Shown: piece after piece, positions 51,700 to 64,000 of the stretch
Numbering within the stretch: position 1 is the first letter of the stretch
How the letters are laid out: the number at the start of each line of letters is the position of its first letter
Assembly: GCA_002633005.1 (NCBI GenBank)
Contig: NMRA01000062.1
Location: forward strand, 667,981-731,980
Length of the DNA: 64,000 bases
Direction: 5' to 3'
Origin: Phoronis australis
Taxonomy: Eukaryota; Animalia; Phoronida
Translations under genes and position numbers: made by a program
Notes under the pieces: generated by a model
Database searches by the model: none
What the model was told of the DNA's origin: nothing
What the model saw: the letters and a program-made list of their open reading frames with translations, nothing else

Positions 51700-52302
51700 C
51701 TGTAGAAAGCCAACTCAGAGAACAGCTTTTCAATGTATGGACTGAGGAGCCATAATGTAGTAACTACATGAGGAGAATCTGTTTATTGCTTGAGGTAGTA
51801 AGTCTGTGGATGGAGTAAAATAAGCTACTGCTATAAAATGTTGAGTCTTCTATTAATTGTATTTTACATTTAGCAACTAATGACCTTTAAGACTTTATAT
51901 ACCTGTGCTTTATGACAACATTAAGATTTTGTTCTGACACGTATACTTTATAACAAGTCTTGCTTAATTTCTGTCAAAGCTTATAAGCGATTTCTATATG
52001 TTAATTTCTGAGTGAAAACTGTTTCAAAAGAAACAACTATGAAGTCGAAATATCCATTTGAGACTTATGAAGCTGTAGTAGCAGCAGTAATATGAGGCAG
52101 GAACACTGTAGAAAGCCAACTCAGAGAACAGCTTTTCAATGTATGGACTGAGGAGCCATAATGTAGTAACTACATGAGGAGAATCTGTTTATTGCTTGAG
52201 GTAGTAAGTCTGTGGATGGAGTAAAATAAGCTACTGCTATAAAATGTTGAGTCTTCTATTAATTGTATTTTACATTTAGCAACTAATGACCTTTAAGACT
52301 TT
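51700..52302. repeat. 197-bp direct repeat with 406-bp period, second copy ending at n (52303)
   Basis: 51700-51896 matches 52106-52302 (ctgtagaaagccaactcagag ... gacctttaagacttt). Confidence 0.85.
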
Positions 52303-52918
52303 NCCCTTTGTGTTTCTTATGCAATAAACCTAATTTGATGGAAATAATTAGTTACAATACTTTCTAACAATTATTTACATGCTCAATTAATTCGGGTCTG
52401 TCTTTATGAATAGCCTTGGCTTGGTGGTTGGCTTGGGGCTTACCCTCCTGAGGCCAGAATGCCTTTTAATGTCCTCTGGACCACAGTGGGGGAAAGCACC
52501 TTAACTAGTTTATGTCTTGGTGTAACAAGGTCTGTAAATGCTGGTTCTCATGAAATGAAAATGTTATCAAGTTCACCCAAAGATACTGAAGATTAAAGAC
52601 ATATTTAGCGCAAGTAACACCAGACCTCTCAGTGGGCTATATTACCTACTCTATTGCAAAGCAACGAATGTAAAAAAATTACTGGCATCTATTTTCTACA
52701 AGCTTTGACATTAGAAATAAATCTACATTTCGTAACTGCGTGTCTGTGAACTGTGCTTTGTGTTCTGCCAAGTGAATTAAGAATTTGTTTCACCTCCACG
52801 AAGTACCGTTGTCGTGGTTATAGCCAACATCTCCAGCATATGTGCTGGACAAATTGATGTGCTGCACAAATTGAGGATAGATGACTTGCTTGGTATTGTG
52901 TGAATTTCTATGCACCCA

Positions 52919-52962
52919 CATGTGTACATGTGGGTGTACATGTGGGTGTACATGTGGGTGTA
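52919..52962. repeat. 12-bp tandem repeat CATGTGGGTGTA, ~3.5 copies
   Basis: Directly visible. Confidence 0.85.
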
Positions 52963-54200
52963 TATTACATTTTAACGTGATTTGAGAAATGGTGGGCTGC
53001 CACAGGTAAACCAAGATCTTGTCCTTCGGCTGACCTCTACGTGGTTATAATACATACCCATATGTTTTAATAAAACTGCATTTCACCCTTTAGTTCAATC
53101 GCCAGGACTAATGGGTTTCTGGAATTGGTAGTAAAGTTTTTTAGTTGTTTCATGTCTAGGTATCCCCCTGAAGCATTTTAGGTGGGTTGTAATCTTGATA
53201 ACCTTGCAAATTAAAGCCATCAATATGCAAAGTTAAGCTTAGGGGATGATAATCGTGGGATTTGATGGCTGCTGGTCCGGGATTGGAGTTTAGGGATTGG
53301 TAACGAGCATGCGACGCACGTATCAGTTATCCAGACCTATGTCGATCATAAATAAAACTATTGAAAGAGTCAAGATGTATAGACCTTTTGTGAAGTAGTT
53401 TGGGTCACTTTCCTTTGTTCATTGGATGCAGTTAAATCTCGCCGATTTTGAACAAAAATAATTACCAAAATTGTGCTTTTTTTAATTTTTCTAGTGCTTA
53501 GGCGTTGTTGTGATTGGTCACATCTGTTCAAAACATTATGGTAGCTATGTAGATCTTGGACACAGAAAAGTATTAATGGGACGGCATATATTAATATCTT
53601 TAAACAATGAAAAAAACAATTTATAATGGAATTTCACTAGTTGGCTATATTGTTTCCGAACTTGGTGAAATTTCACCGTATACCAAGGGAACATTACATT
53701 GTTCAGAAGAAATGTCTGTCCAGGATAATCAAGGATCATTATTTTTACCGGAGGAGACATCGAAAATGGTTGATTTTCCATTTAAATGCATAAATGTTTC
53801 TTATTGTGACTTCGCTGAGTTGTTTAAAGAAAATTTCTGAAACATGAACCACACTGGATTTTGGGAGGGGCTTTAAGGGATTGTAGCATATAGTCCAAAG
53901 TTACTTGGGTCTCAGAAAATAAAACGTCACGGCAATGATTAGTATTGGACAATGAGGTAGACAGTTGAGGTGAATTCCTTTCCTCTTTTTACATGACTAA
54001 CTTGACCTTTGCTCACTAACAATTGCAGCAGGTGTCACACATCATCACTGTGAACAGTTGCTTGCTGTTTCATTTTGATATGGTTTCACCATCTCTAAAT
54101 CTGTTTTCAGTTGTAATTCATGCATTACTGGCACAACTAGTTGACTAACCACAGCTGCTGTCTTATTTGGCTTAACTGACTTTCTCCAATTTTCGAGATA

Positions 54201-54231
54201 ATGTCAACAACAAGAATGAAAAGAAAGGCTG
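54201..54231 (+). CDS. CSAD: CSAD/GADL1-like putative first coding exon (MSTTRMKRKA)
   Basis: Acceptor ctgttttcag ends at 54110, ATG at 54201, and the strong phase-1 donor g|gtaagt matches the next exon. Confidence 0.55.
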
Positions 54232-57200
54232 GTAAGTTTTGCATGGGTCTTTGTGCTTGCTGAGAATTCTGCTCAGCGGTGTAACTGTAGGCTGCTAAAG
54301 CATGTCTTCGCAATATTTGTACAGCTCCAAATTATGATGGAGTTAGGAGTTAGATAATTAATCCAGTGATAAATTCACCATTCCTTTGTGCCTTTACTGA
54401 GGTCAGATAAACTTCATGTGATTGAAGCTGTGCCATTGATCTCTTTTATTTAAGGCCCTTTCATACTAATGTCAACACATAGATGTTTTTGGGGAGTTTA
54501 GCAGTCAGTGGGAATTGTTAACTTTGGTCTTGGATTGAAGATAACAGTGCCAGTTAACTTTGCAGTAAATAGGTGGATCTCGCTGTGGTGCGGTATGAAC
54601 GGTCAACTTCAGTTGCATTGAAGTTATCACCAGGAGACGCTGTTATCATCAACAATTAAAAGGCAGTGCCATCGCTAATATTATATATTAGGCCATTTTA
54701 ATTATTTTTAGTCTGTTTTTTTGTCGCCTGCTTCTGTGTCTACCAAACAGCGTAGAGGATCATTATGAAAATTGGCCGATGTGTTCCTGACTGACTAGAG
54801 CATGACTGATGTATATTTTCAAACGGGTCCAACTTAACTGGGGACCCCATGGCAGTCACTGCCCCTAGTGACATTTTTTTCGCATCTACGGATGTATTTC
54901 CTAAACCTCTCGCAAGATGTTTTTGAAATTTTTCAATTGTATTCCTATGAACTTGATAGCAGATGGACGGATTCAACTACTGCTGTGGTTCCTAATTTCA
55001 TTTTTTTTTTTTACGTTTGCCTATGTATCTTTTGAGGTCTTTGGTGAATTTTCATGAAATTTGGCAAATAATTTTGAGAGACTACAACTCCTTCCCATTT
55101 GACAAGTGTATTTGTATGAACGTGACAACGGATGACGACGTTCCTACGGATCCCGACTCCTGATGTCGCCCCTTGTGGCAATTTTATTTTTCTCCATTTC
55201 TTCTTTATCTTTGGAATTCCTCCCAGGTGGGAAGAGCATTGCTGATTATTTTTGGACTACTACTGTAGTGCCCTCTAGTGGCATTTTGCTTTTTTTGCAT
55301 CCGCAGCTGTTTCCCCCTTGCCGGATCTTTGTGAAATTTGGCAAGTGTATTTCTAGACAGGCAACAACAGATGACGATGTGTGGTCATATCTGACTACCA
55401 CTGATCCTCCAGTGTCTCTTGGGAAGTGTGTTCTTAAGAGGAGAGGATCGCTGACTTGCTATGCACCCCCCTAGAGGCTATTTTAAGTTTACTAGCTTTG
55501 CTTCATTTAGTGAGCATGTTTTTAAGGCCTTTCCCACTGCCTGCAAAGCTTTTGATAGCACGCATTGTCAAAAACAGCAAGGCCATATAACCAGAGGTCG
55601 TATTGAGCACCATCTTGCGATAACTTCACTGAGCTATAACTGCCAGGGTGATGGGAACACTAATGCTTAACTTCCCAGTTAATCACAGTTAACTTTGAAG
55701 CTTCGATAGATTTTCCCAGTTATTTTCTGTCAAAGCTTTGTTCATCCTATGCTAAGAATTGTAGCACGGCTTTATTTACGCGAAGTCTCTTTTCAGAGTC
55801 TATTGATACAAAATGCTGGGTACGAAATTTGAGAAATATAAAATGGTAAATGTCAAAATCGTCCATGCTCCAGTCTTCAGAATCAAGTCAAATCATTTTC
55901 TGCTGGGATGATATCAGTGTCCCACATTTTAGACACTCTCCCAAGTTGGAGAATCTTAGTTTCCACCAAGAGGTATATCTATGCAAATACATGTAAAGTA
56001 CCACACTTATTTGTGTCTCAGGTGTTCCTCTGTCCTGTGACTGCCCATTCAGTGGAGTCTCCAATGGTAACCACGGTGATAATGAGGCTAAGGGTGTGCC
56101 CGATAATGGCTTGGGTGATGCTGAAAGTTGGCAGTTTCGCCAGTTCCTGGAGGGAATGTTTCAACACGTGATTAAGAAGGGTCTGCTGGAGCAGTCAAGC
56201 TCAGAAAGGTAATTCTTGCTTTTTCACTTTTTAAGCACCGAAATGACTGTCGTTTAAAGACATTTTTCTTGAGATACGATTTGTGAAATTTTATAAAGGC
56301 AAAGATGAACCTTTGCAGACCACGATAATTAAGTGCTGTATGTTCTGAGTAAATTGATGCTCTTCAATTGTATGGTGATCATTTTCAGACATCCAACACT
56401 GTTGTGTGTGTGGGGTTGGGGGGGGGGGGGNGGGGGGGGATGTGGCCGAGTGAGCCTAGTTGTCGTAACACTGGTTGAAGATGATGACTACATTAGTGCA
56501 GGATAATCTGTTCTGTTACCAAGGTTACAAATCGTACAATACATAATGTAAGGTGGTCATCCAAGGTGATAATCATACGTGCGAATTGTACAGCATTATA
56601 CAGCTGTGGTCAGATTTTTAATTGCTTTGTTGTCATGCCGCGCTCAACATTTTATGAGATTTTCTTGCAATTGGACTAATAATCGTATTAATATAAGTAT
56701 TGTGAGCTCAAGAATTACAGTTTGTCTCGACATGACTTATTTGAAACTTGTCGTTTTTCAACTTTTCTGTATATCTACAGAAAATCTGCAAAAAGTAAAG
56801 CTAGAATTCCAAATCGTGTTTCCTCAAGATCATATAACACATAATTTTTCCATGCCACCAGGACTACATGTAATATGCAGCTACTGTTCACGGACATTTT
56901 CTTTTTTGGTTACACTTTGTTCGCACTTTTTTACAATGCTTTTAATCCTTGAGAGTGAATTTTATCACAAGATCGGTGTGGCCACTGGAATACTAAAACC
57001 ACCAACATTCATTGGCAAAGAAAACAATGTCATAAAACTGTATAATTGCTGATGGAGGACATGCGTGGAATCCAAAGCGAGTGGTGATGGGAGTGGGGAC
57101 CCAGCTAACGACTGGACCATTGTTTATCTAGTCAAAGTCAGCTAGACAACCGGTCATCGACCGACTGGTTGCTGACTGGTTGCCAATCGCCAAGATTAAA

Positions 57201-60200
57201 ATTCTTGATATATATGCTGTATGTGACTGTTGCAGAGAGAGCTATATTATATGACCCTGTATTATGTGACCCTATTTGCCTATTGTTAAAGATTGGCATT
57301 CATCGAGGTCATAAATAAAAAAGTTAATGACCTGCGTCTTACTCAGGAAGTAAACTACTTAGTATGCTCAGACTTCATAGAAAAAAGTGAATCCATTTGA
57401 TTTGTGTAAGTGACCATTTTGAGTGATGAAGGTCTTTATTTAGTCTCCTCAAAATGTGAACAAAATTAATTCCCAAAATTGTCATTCCATTTATCAAAAA
57501 CTCACTGCATGCAAGGTGTTGCTGTGCTCAAATTTCAAGGGTGTGTTTGTTGCTGCATGTACACTGTGAACTACATGCAAGCAGTGAAGTGGAGTTTTGG
57601 TTCTGTTTTTTCCTGAGATTTTTCATAAAATACGGTTTCACTGTTTCACTCTATTGTTTTCTAAATTAGAAAAACTTCAGCTCATCAACAGCACTGAGGA
57701 ATGGGCTCTGACTAGTTGTTCCAGTGATGCTATTGATTGCCTTGCATCAGTATCAAGGTCCTTTAATAACAAACTTAAAATGCATTATAAAATCAATATT
57801 AAATTTATTTAATGTACACGGTGTTATGACTTATTTTTCTGTGGTCACTTATTGAAATTGAAACTACCATTAGATAACATTAGTTTTCTGTCTGTTTCAT
57901 ACAAATGTGTGTACTGAGATGATAAATCAAACAGTACACTCAAATGCAACCCTCCTTGTAGTGAATGAATGTAACTCATGGCTCCAGCTTTTGTGCTCTC
58001 TAGTGGTACGGTGATTTCTTATTATTGATGACTTAAGTGTTGAACCAGCCATTATTTGGCATGTTCACCCCTCATCAGACTCACTAAACTTTTAATGGAT
58101 ACTCAGGTTAAATGTTTGTCATCTGATTGCTGTATTAGTTTCTCACTTTATGTCTGTTGTTACCATGGATATTACGCTGTTATTTACCTCCCCTGTAGTT
58201 CATAATTCCCTCAGAGTGAGAGTGTAACTGCCACCGGGTTTATACTCAGAGAAATGTTAAGAGACAGATCCAGCTAACCAAATCTAAATTTTGAAATTTT
58301 AGGAAAGTGGTTGAATTCCGTCATCCGGGGGAGATAAAGCAGCTTGTGGATTTGAAGCTTTTGGACAAAGGTCTGACAGACCAGCAACTGTACAGTATTT
58401 GTCAGCCTATAATTAAGTACAGTGTGAAAACTGGTACGTTGACCCCTACTGTGTGTGTGAGAGGACAATTTGTGATCTCACTTAGGATCATTGCATGTGT
58501 CATTATGAAAGATTTTGGCTTAGATTTGTCTCTTGAATCCATCACTGAGACATCACAAGACTGAGCCCTTGGCAGTTGAGGGTGTAATGTTTCTAATCTA
58601 ACTCAAAAATCAACTTGAAAATTGGCCAATTGCATGTCAAGCACTGGGTAAAGTTACAGATTTGTACTTGGATACGACTAAATTTCGAATCTCAGAGTTT
58701 GAGTCCGGTTTGAGTTCAGAGGTTGAATTCAATGGACCCAGATCTTAATTGATGAATTTTTCCTTTCAATAGACTGCTGTGGTGACAATATTTGCCTATT
58801 AAATACACACGAGACACAAACACAGATGGCAGAGAGTAAAACTTTCGTAAAACCAACAAACGTGAGCACGTGTGCACGAATACATAACAGTTGTTCGCGC
58901 ACAAAACACCTTTTGCAGTCACACCCCGAAGGATGTCTTTGCCTTTCAAAAACATCATTTGTAATTCCTGGTCCAGCTTGGCTGTATACTCGGTCAATAC
59001 CTAATTAATTAGTCTGGTCTACACACCACCTGTTGGCCATATCTATGTTTCCTAATGAACTTGTTATCGTCTTTCAATCATAACTGGTTTTCCCACAGAC
59101 TCCAGTGGGTTTTGTAATGAAAAAAGTCCCCATCTGCTATGTTCCAGCAAAGCTGTCATGAAATAAGATTGACAATGTGAATTTGGATGATAGCGTTTTA
59201 TTTCAGGGCATCCCCATTTCTTTAACCAACTGTGGCAGGGCATTGATCGCTACGCACTGGCAGGGCTATGGTTGACGGACACCCTCAATACCAGCCAGTT
59301 AGTTATTAAGTTGTTTCTAGACTTGTGATGAGTTTTCTATTCTAAGTTTCTTCTCAGTTTTTATTTTGCAAATGTTTGATATGCTGCGTTGGACTATTGG
59401 CCTGTAGCAGTCTGTCAGTCTCTGTGTCAATGTCATTACCGATAGATTATTTAAAGCAACAATGGTATGTTAATTTTGCTTTTAATTCCTTCCTCGGACA
59501 GATTTTTTGTTGTTCTAGATGTATGAGACTGTCCAGTTAGCCCTAGAAATCCATTAGTAACACTACAAGAAACATTGATTTAATCACTCACAGGTAGGCT
59601 TAAGTCAAATGATATGTTAAAACCTTTTCACACCATATTGTGTCACCATGAGAAAACAGCAAACGAAGAAGTCCCGTTATCTAGTTTTGAACATTCCTGT
59701 GTGCCAGCGGTGGAAATATGTATCAGCTGCGGGGGTACATAAAAACCTTCAATTCAGGTAAAAAATAATTACCAGAAAAATTGTCACATTTCTATTTTTA
59801 AGGGCTTACCACATTATTGCAAATGCTCAAAATTTTATCAAAAGTAACGTTGTTTGCTAGTAACTATGCCATACAAGCCATGCTAAATGCAAATTAAGTA
59901 TATTTTCCTGAAAGTTATTTTTATTGAGAAATTTGACGATATGAATTGTCTCTTTTCCGCCTCATTGTTCCCCAAACTGATTTTTACCATATGTTGATGG
60001 AATGGAATACTAGTGTGTTCAGAGTTATTTGAATTAATTTATGACCTGCATGTCGTTATTAAATGTTCGATAAAATTAATTTTTACACCACTGTGATATC
60101 ATTCAAGGAAGATTTTAATTTGAGTTCAGTGAAGGGATGAGGGCCCTATTGTCTACTCGTGTACAGAATACAATATCGGATAATTATGAATAGCGGAAAA

Positions 60201-61818
60201 TTAACTTATGGTTTGTCGCGTTTCATCAGTGTACTGAATTATTGTTAAAGAGGCATGGAACACAGAAGCTCGTCAAAATATCTTTTAAACAATTCCTGAC
60301 AAAAGTACCATCCTTCAACGTCTATACAGAGTTATTCACTTTCCCTTGTGAGGAAATTTCTAGAAAAAATTACAAAATTCATGATTTTTAAAATATGCGC
60401 AAAGGGTTATTGTGGTTACGAGAGCGTTTCTAATTTCCCTCCCATTTGTGGTAAATGCACACATGCACTCGACAGTTGCTTGAAGTCACTTGAGGTCAAA
60501 CGTCACATTTTCCATACAAGGGAAATATGCTACGTCTGTGTCTTGCCATACCGTAAAGGAGATTAGTGCTTTGCCTTGTGGGAGAAAAATTGAGAGGAAG
60601 TGGCGAGCGCCGTTGGCAGATTGTTTTTTTTTGAAATTTTGAAACTAAAAGAAAAATGTTTTGATATGAACAGGAATTAAAAATCTTTACAAACAAAACC
60701 CTAAAAATACCTGGTGAGCAGGTTGAATTCTATTTCAGTAGCACAGGAGCACTTTCAATATTGCAATTTAGTCTGTTTATCGTATTCCAGGCTTCTTTAA
60801 GAGATTGCGTTGCATGTTTATGTGTTATGACTGGCATTTTTCCTCTGTTTTGTAATGCAAGTGACTACAAACTACTACAAGTCCAACCTTATTCCCATTG
60901 TTCACATTTATCTTTACAGCTGTGCTATTAAGTGGCATACGCCTAAACAAGTATTTGAATATTGAATGTGATATTACTAAATGCATTGGGTGACCTGATG
61001 TATTCACTGAGCATGGTGTTGAACAAATTTTCGCGTAACGTTTGAGAATTAACGGAAAACTGTTCAGTGATGTGATTGATTAGAGTCAGTCAAATGAATG
61101 CAGGCATTTATACTGTACACGTTTATACTGTACACGTTTATACTGTACACGTTTATACTGTACACGTTTATACTGTACACGTTTATACTGTACACGTTTA
61201 TACTATGCACGTTTATACTGTACACGTTTATACTGTACACGTTTATTCTGTACATTTATACTGTGCACGTTTATACTGTACACGTTTATACTGTACACGT
61301 TTATACTGTGCACGTTTATACTGTACACGTTTATACTGTACACGTTTATATACTGTACACGTTTATACTGTACACATTTATACTGTACACATTCAAGCAC
61401 TTGAATTGTAATCATTCACGAAACTGCTACTGTCTAATTCTTCATTAGTATGTAGGGTGATTTAGTATAAGAGGGAAGTTTTCTGAGTGCGACATTTGAA
61501 ATAGTTGCAGTGCATGTTGAACTGTTGGTCTACTGCCATGGACTATGACCTCCGACCTCCTTATTTAAGTTTTTGTCATCTTGTACAGGATTGTATTAAT
61601 TGGTCTTGCAGTAGGCTCATTGAGGGGTGTTTCTGTATGTTTATTTTATATAAATGTCTTCCATCATTGAACTGGGATGTTTTCACTTATGCTGCTATGC
61701 ATTAATTACAGATATACCTTTGAGGTGGCGCCGGTGTTCACAGTAATGGAGGATGTCGTATTCACTCAACTACGTTACTTGGTTGGGTGGACGTCTGGTG
61801 ATGGAATATTCTGTCCTG
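54201..61818 (+). CDS. CSAD: Cysteine sulfinic acid decarboxylase / GADL1-like group II PLP-dependent decarboxylase, 5' portion only (continues beyond the window)
   Basis: Exons 54201-54231, 56022-56208, 58303-58433, 59207-59297 and 61712-61818 are phase consistent. They encode KVVEFRHPGEIKQLVDL..IIKYSVKTGHPHFFNQLWQGID..LAGLWLTDTLNTSQYTFEVAPVFTVME..LVGWTSGDGIFCPG, which matches CSAD/GADL1 (LNTSQYT) rather than GAD (ANTNMFT). Confidence 0.9.
54690..55480 (+). mobile_element. Degenerate interspersed repeat with internal repeated units, also present at ~62925-63960
   Basis: A recurring gaaa(t/c)ttggcaa(gtgtatt) motif occurs near 55057, 55333, 63180, 63342 and 63913, along with a repeated acaac.gatgacga. 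Family not identified. Confidence 0.45.
56022..56208 (+). CDS. CSAD: CSAD/GADL1-like exon
   Basis: GVPLSCDCPFSG...WQFRQFLEGMFQHVIKKGLLEQSSSE. Acceptor ttgtgtctcag, donor ag|gtaatt (phase 2). Confidence 0.8.
58303..58433 (+). CDS. CSAD: CSAD/GADL1-like exon
   Basis: KVVEFRHPGEIKQLVDLKLLDKGLTDQQLYSICQPIIKYSVKT. Acceptor aattttag, donor g|gtacgt. Confidence 0.93.
59207..59297 (+). CDS. CSAD: CSAD/GADL1-like exon
   Basis: GHPHFFNQLWQGIDRYALAGLWLTDTLNTS. Acceptor ttttatttcag, donor ca|gttagt. Confidence 0.95.
61107..61393. repeat. Minisatellite, 15-bp unit TTTATACTGTACACG, ~19 copies, in a CSAD intron
   Basis: Directly visible tandem array with a few variants (tgtgcac, tatgcac) and two small indels. 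Confidence 0.97.
61712..61818 (+). CDS. CSAD: CSAD/GADL1-like exon
   Basis: QYTFEVAPVFTVMEDVVFTQLRYLVGWTSGDGIFCP. Acceptor taattacag, donor g|gttagt. Confidence 0.95.
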
Positions 61819-62924
61819 GTTAGTTACAGCTACATCAGTGATGGTGAAGTTTTATAGGAAGGGGAAGTCTGGATTTTTTCGCGCTTGAAGTCATGCCTTC
61901 CTTGTCATGTTGTTAATGTCTTTACTAGCATTCAATAAGTACAGTTGTTTTCAAAAGAAACTAGACAACATTAAGGTTTTGGTGCACAAAAGTGCAACAT
62001 GCATTTATTTTGTGCTAGTATATACATTTCAATTCCGGCTAAATGTCGACAAACTCTTGACTGGTATACTTCGTCCACATTGTTGAAATCGCAACATCTT
62101 TGCAAACAAAAAGCTTATTACATCGTAGATCATATACAACAGATCTGCAACTCCGACGTTTTCTTGTGCGGATTCCTAGTGGAGGCACCACTCTCCTAAA
62201 TTACCAATGTCAGTTTCTGGTTAGTGTATTGTGACGGGAAATTCTCGCATCCATTTTACTGTCCAGTGCAACGAAAAAAATAATTTTGGCATTGAAACGC
62301 TATTCAAAGTCTTCCAATAGTAGAACTGTTGGTATCATGAGTACTTTTGGCACCTGAACACACAACAGCCGACCATGTTAGCAGACGACGTACTTGCTGG
62401 AAGTAAAACTTGCTAATTTTGCCAGGTGTCGCTAGTGTACAGTGACGTCAGGATTATGCGTAACTAAGATCACAGATTTCGCCCATTGAAAATATACGGA
62501 GTTGGCGGACCATGTACTATTATATTCTATGATTACATGAATCGACTATTGGTGGCTTTGAACAATACTGTCATGTTAATGTCTGACCAAATTCGACAAA
62601 ATCATTATTTTATTGCAACAAATAGTTGCTTGAATTTCCAACTCCTGAGACAATCCCGTTTTATATTTCACTACATTCTTTGGGGGTTTAATACTGCTCT
62701 GAAAAGCCCTGGTGTACATGTCAGTCATTGTGTTGAGTAGGCAGGTCACACAACAGAGATCATCCACCATATGTCAACAAAGGACAACAATTACAATGCA
62801 CATTTCTTTTCTTCTGGACAGCAGTAGTAAAGCATTCTTTGCCATTCAAACAATGAAGAAGTTCGAATTTCAATTACGGTTTTAGCTTTTTATACATGAC
62901 AGTCATGTTTATATTTGGGTGCTT

Positions 62925-63960
62925 TATGTTATTACCCCTGTCCATTGTCTGGCATCCGTCACTCTATCTTCCGGTATGTCACAGACAATAAAAAGCTCCA
63001 AATCCCTTGGAATTGCATGGTCACAAATTTTTCAGATTTATGATTTGGTTCCTTTCATAGATGTGACGACATGAGCATATTTTGCACTGATCTGACCACT
63101 GATGTGCCCTCTACTGGCAATTTTGATTTGTTTACGTTAATTGCCTGCATGCTTTCCGAGTTCCTTAATGAATTTTCATAAAATTTGGCAAATAACTGAT
63201 ATCTGTTGGTCCGATGATGCCACCTTTCTGTTTTTGGATGGATTGGACACATTTTTCACTTAGTGGCCATTTTTACTGTTTTCTAGTCTGTGTATTGACA
63301 TCCGTCCCTTTTTCAGCCAAACCACTCAAAGGATGATTACAAAACTTGGCATTCATGCTCCTACTCAGAAGATGTCAAAGCTGATGACGTTTTTTAGAGG
63401 CAACCAACTACTTTGGCACCTCCTAGTATCAGTTTTGTTTTTTGCACCCATGGCTATATCTCATAAACCCTCTACATGATCTATATTGAATTTGACAAGT
63501 TTATTTATAAGAAGGTGACAACGATGGGTAACTTTTGGAATGTTCCGAGTACTGCTGTGCCTCTTATGGCAAATTTAATGATACCCTTTTTCCTCTGCAT
63601 CTTTGGAGTTCCTGAACGGATTTTTTGAAATTTGTTGTCATGTAAAATGGGTTTCTGTTAAAAAAGCAATGACATCTTTCCGTTTTCAAATGAATTTGTT
63701 GTAGTACACTCCAGCTAGTGGCTATTTTATTATTTTTGAGTGTTGTTATCTCGCCCAAAGCACTCAAAGAATCATTGGTATATGTGTTCCTACTGGGAAG
63801 TGCATGGCTGATGAATATTTTGACAATTTTGACCACTAAGGTGCCCCCCAGTGGCTGTTCTGTTTTTTTCATATTCACAGCTGTTTCTCCTGAATCCTTG
63901 CACGATCTTTGGGAAACTTGGCAAGTGTATTTCTATGAAAATGACCATCGTGGTGACAAT
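62925..63960 (+). mobile_element. Degenerate interspersed repeat, same motif family as 54690-55480
   Basis: gatctttg.gaaa.ttggcaagtgtatttcta is shared between ~55324-55354 and ~63904-63934. Confidence 0.45.
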
Positions 63961-64000
63961 GGTGGGCGCATATCAACGCTTTGCGTTGCTGTTGTATATT

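Noticed and set aside
56579-57052. 157-aa ORF in the CSAD intron
   Set aside because: Non-ATG start and no recognisable motif, and the flanking CSAD exons already splice in frame without it.
61064-61448. Repetitive ORFs (YTVHV, ILYTF, YSINV) and a possible CRISPR-like array
   Set aside because: This is a pure tandem 15-mer with no spacers, located inside an intron.
54201-61818. Calling the decarboxylase GAD1/GAD2
   Set aside because: The diagnostic residues are W/S/Y (LNTSQY) rather than the S/N/F (ANTNMF) of GAD.

Overview
Eukaryotic, AT-rich, intron-containing genomic DNA from a draft assembly, probably a heterozygous invertebrate animal (inference). Three genes can be reconstructed with phase-consistent GT-AG splicing. 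(1) A plus-strand gene (~13173-37973) predicted to encode an uncharacterised ~6,110-aa protein. It has two exon-encoded H-x-C-x2-C-x11/12-C plus HTH-like modules, then a single ~13-kb exon of about 17 degenerate ~230-265-aa amphipathic helical repeats, then a basic, probably disordered ~1,480-aa C-terminal tail. The apparent frameshift at 29609 is an assembly overlap artefact. (2) A complete four-exon CCDC12 gene on the minus strand (43424-47410). (3) The 5' part of a CSAD/GADL1-type PLP-dependent decarboxylase on the plus strand (54201 to beyond the window), with a W-x19-S-x-Y selectivity motif. Non-coding DNA holds several non-autonomous DNA transposons (MITE, foldback and hAT-like), a tRNA-derived SINE head, a family of ~80-bp hairpins, minisatellites, a 425-N gap and several near-identical duplications flanking single 'n' characters.
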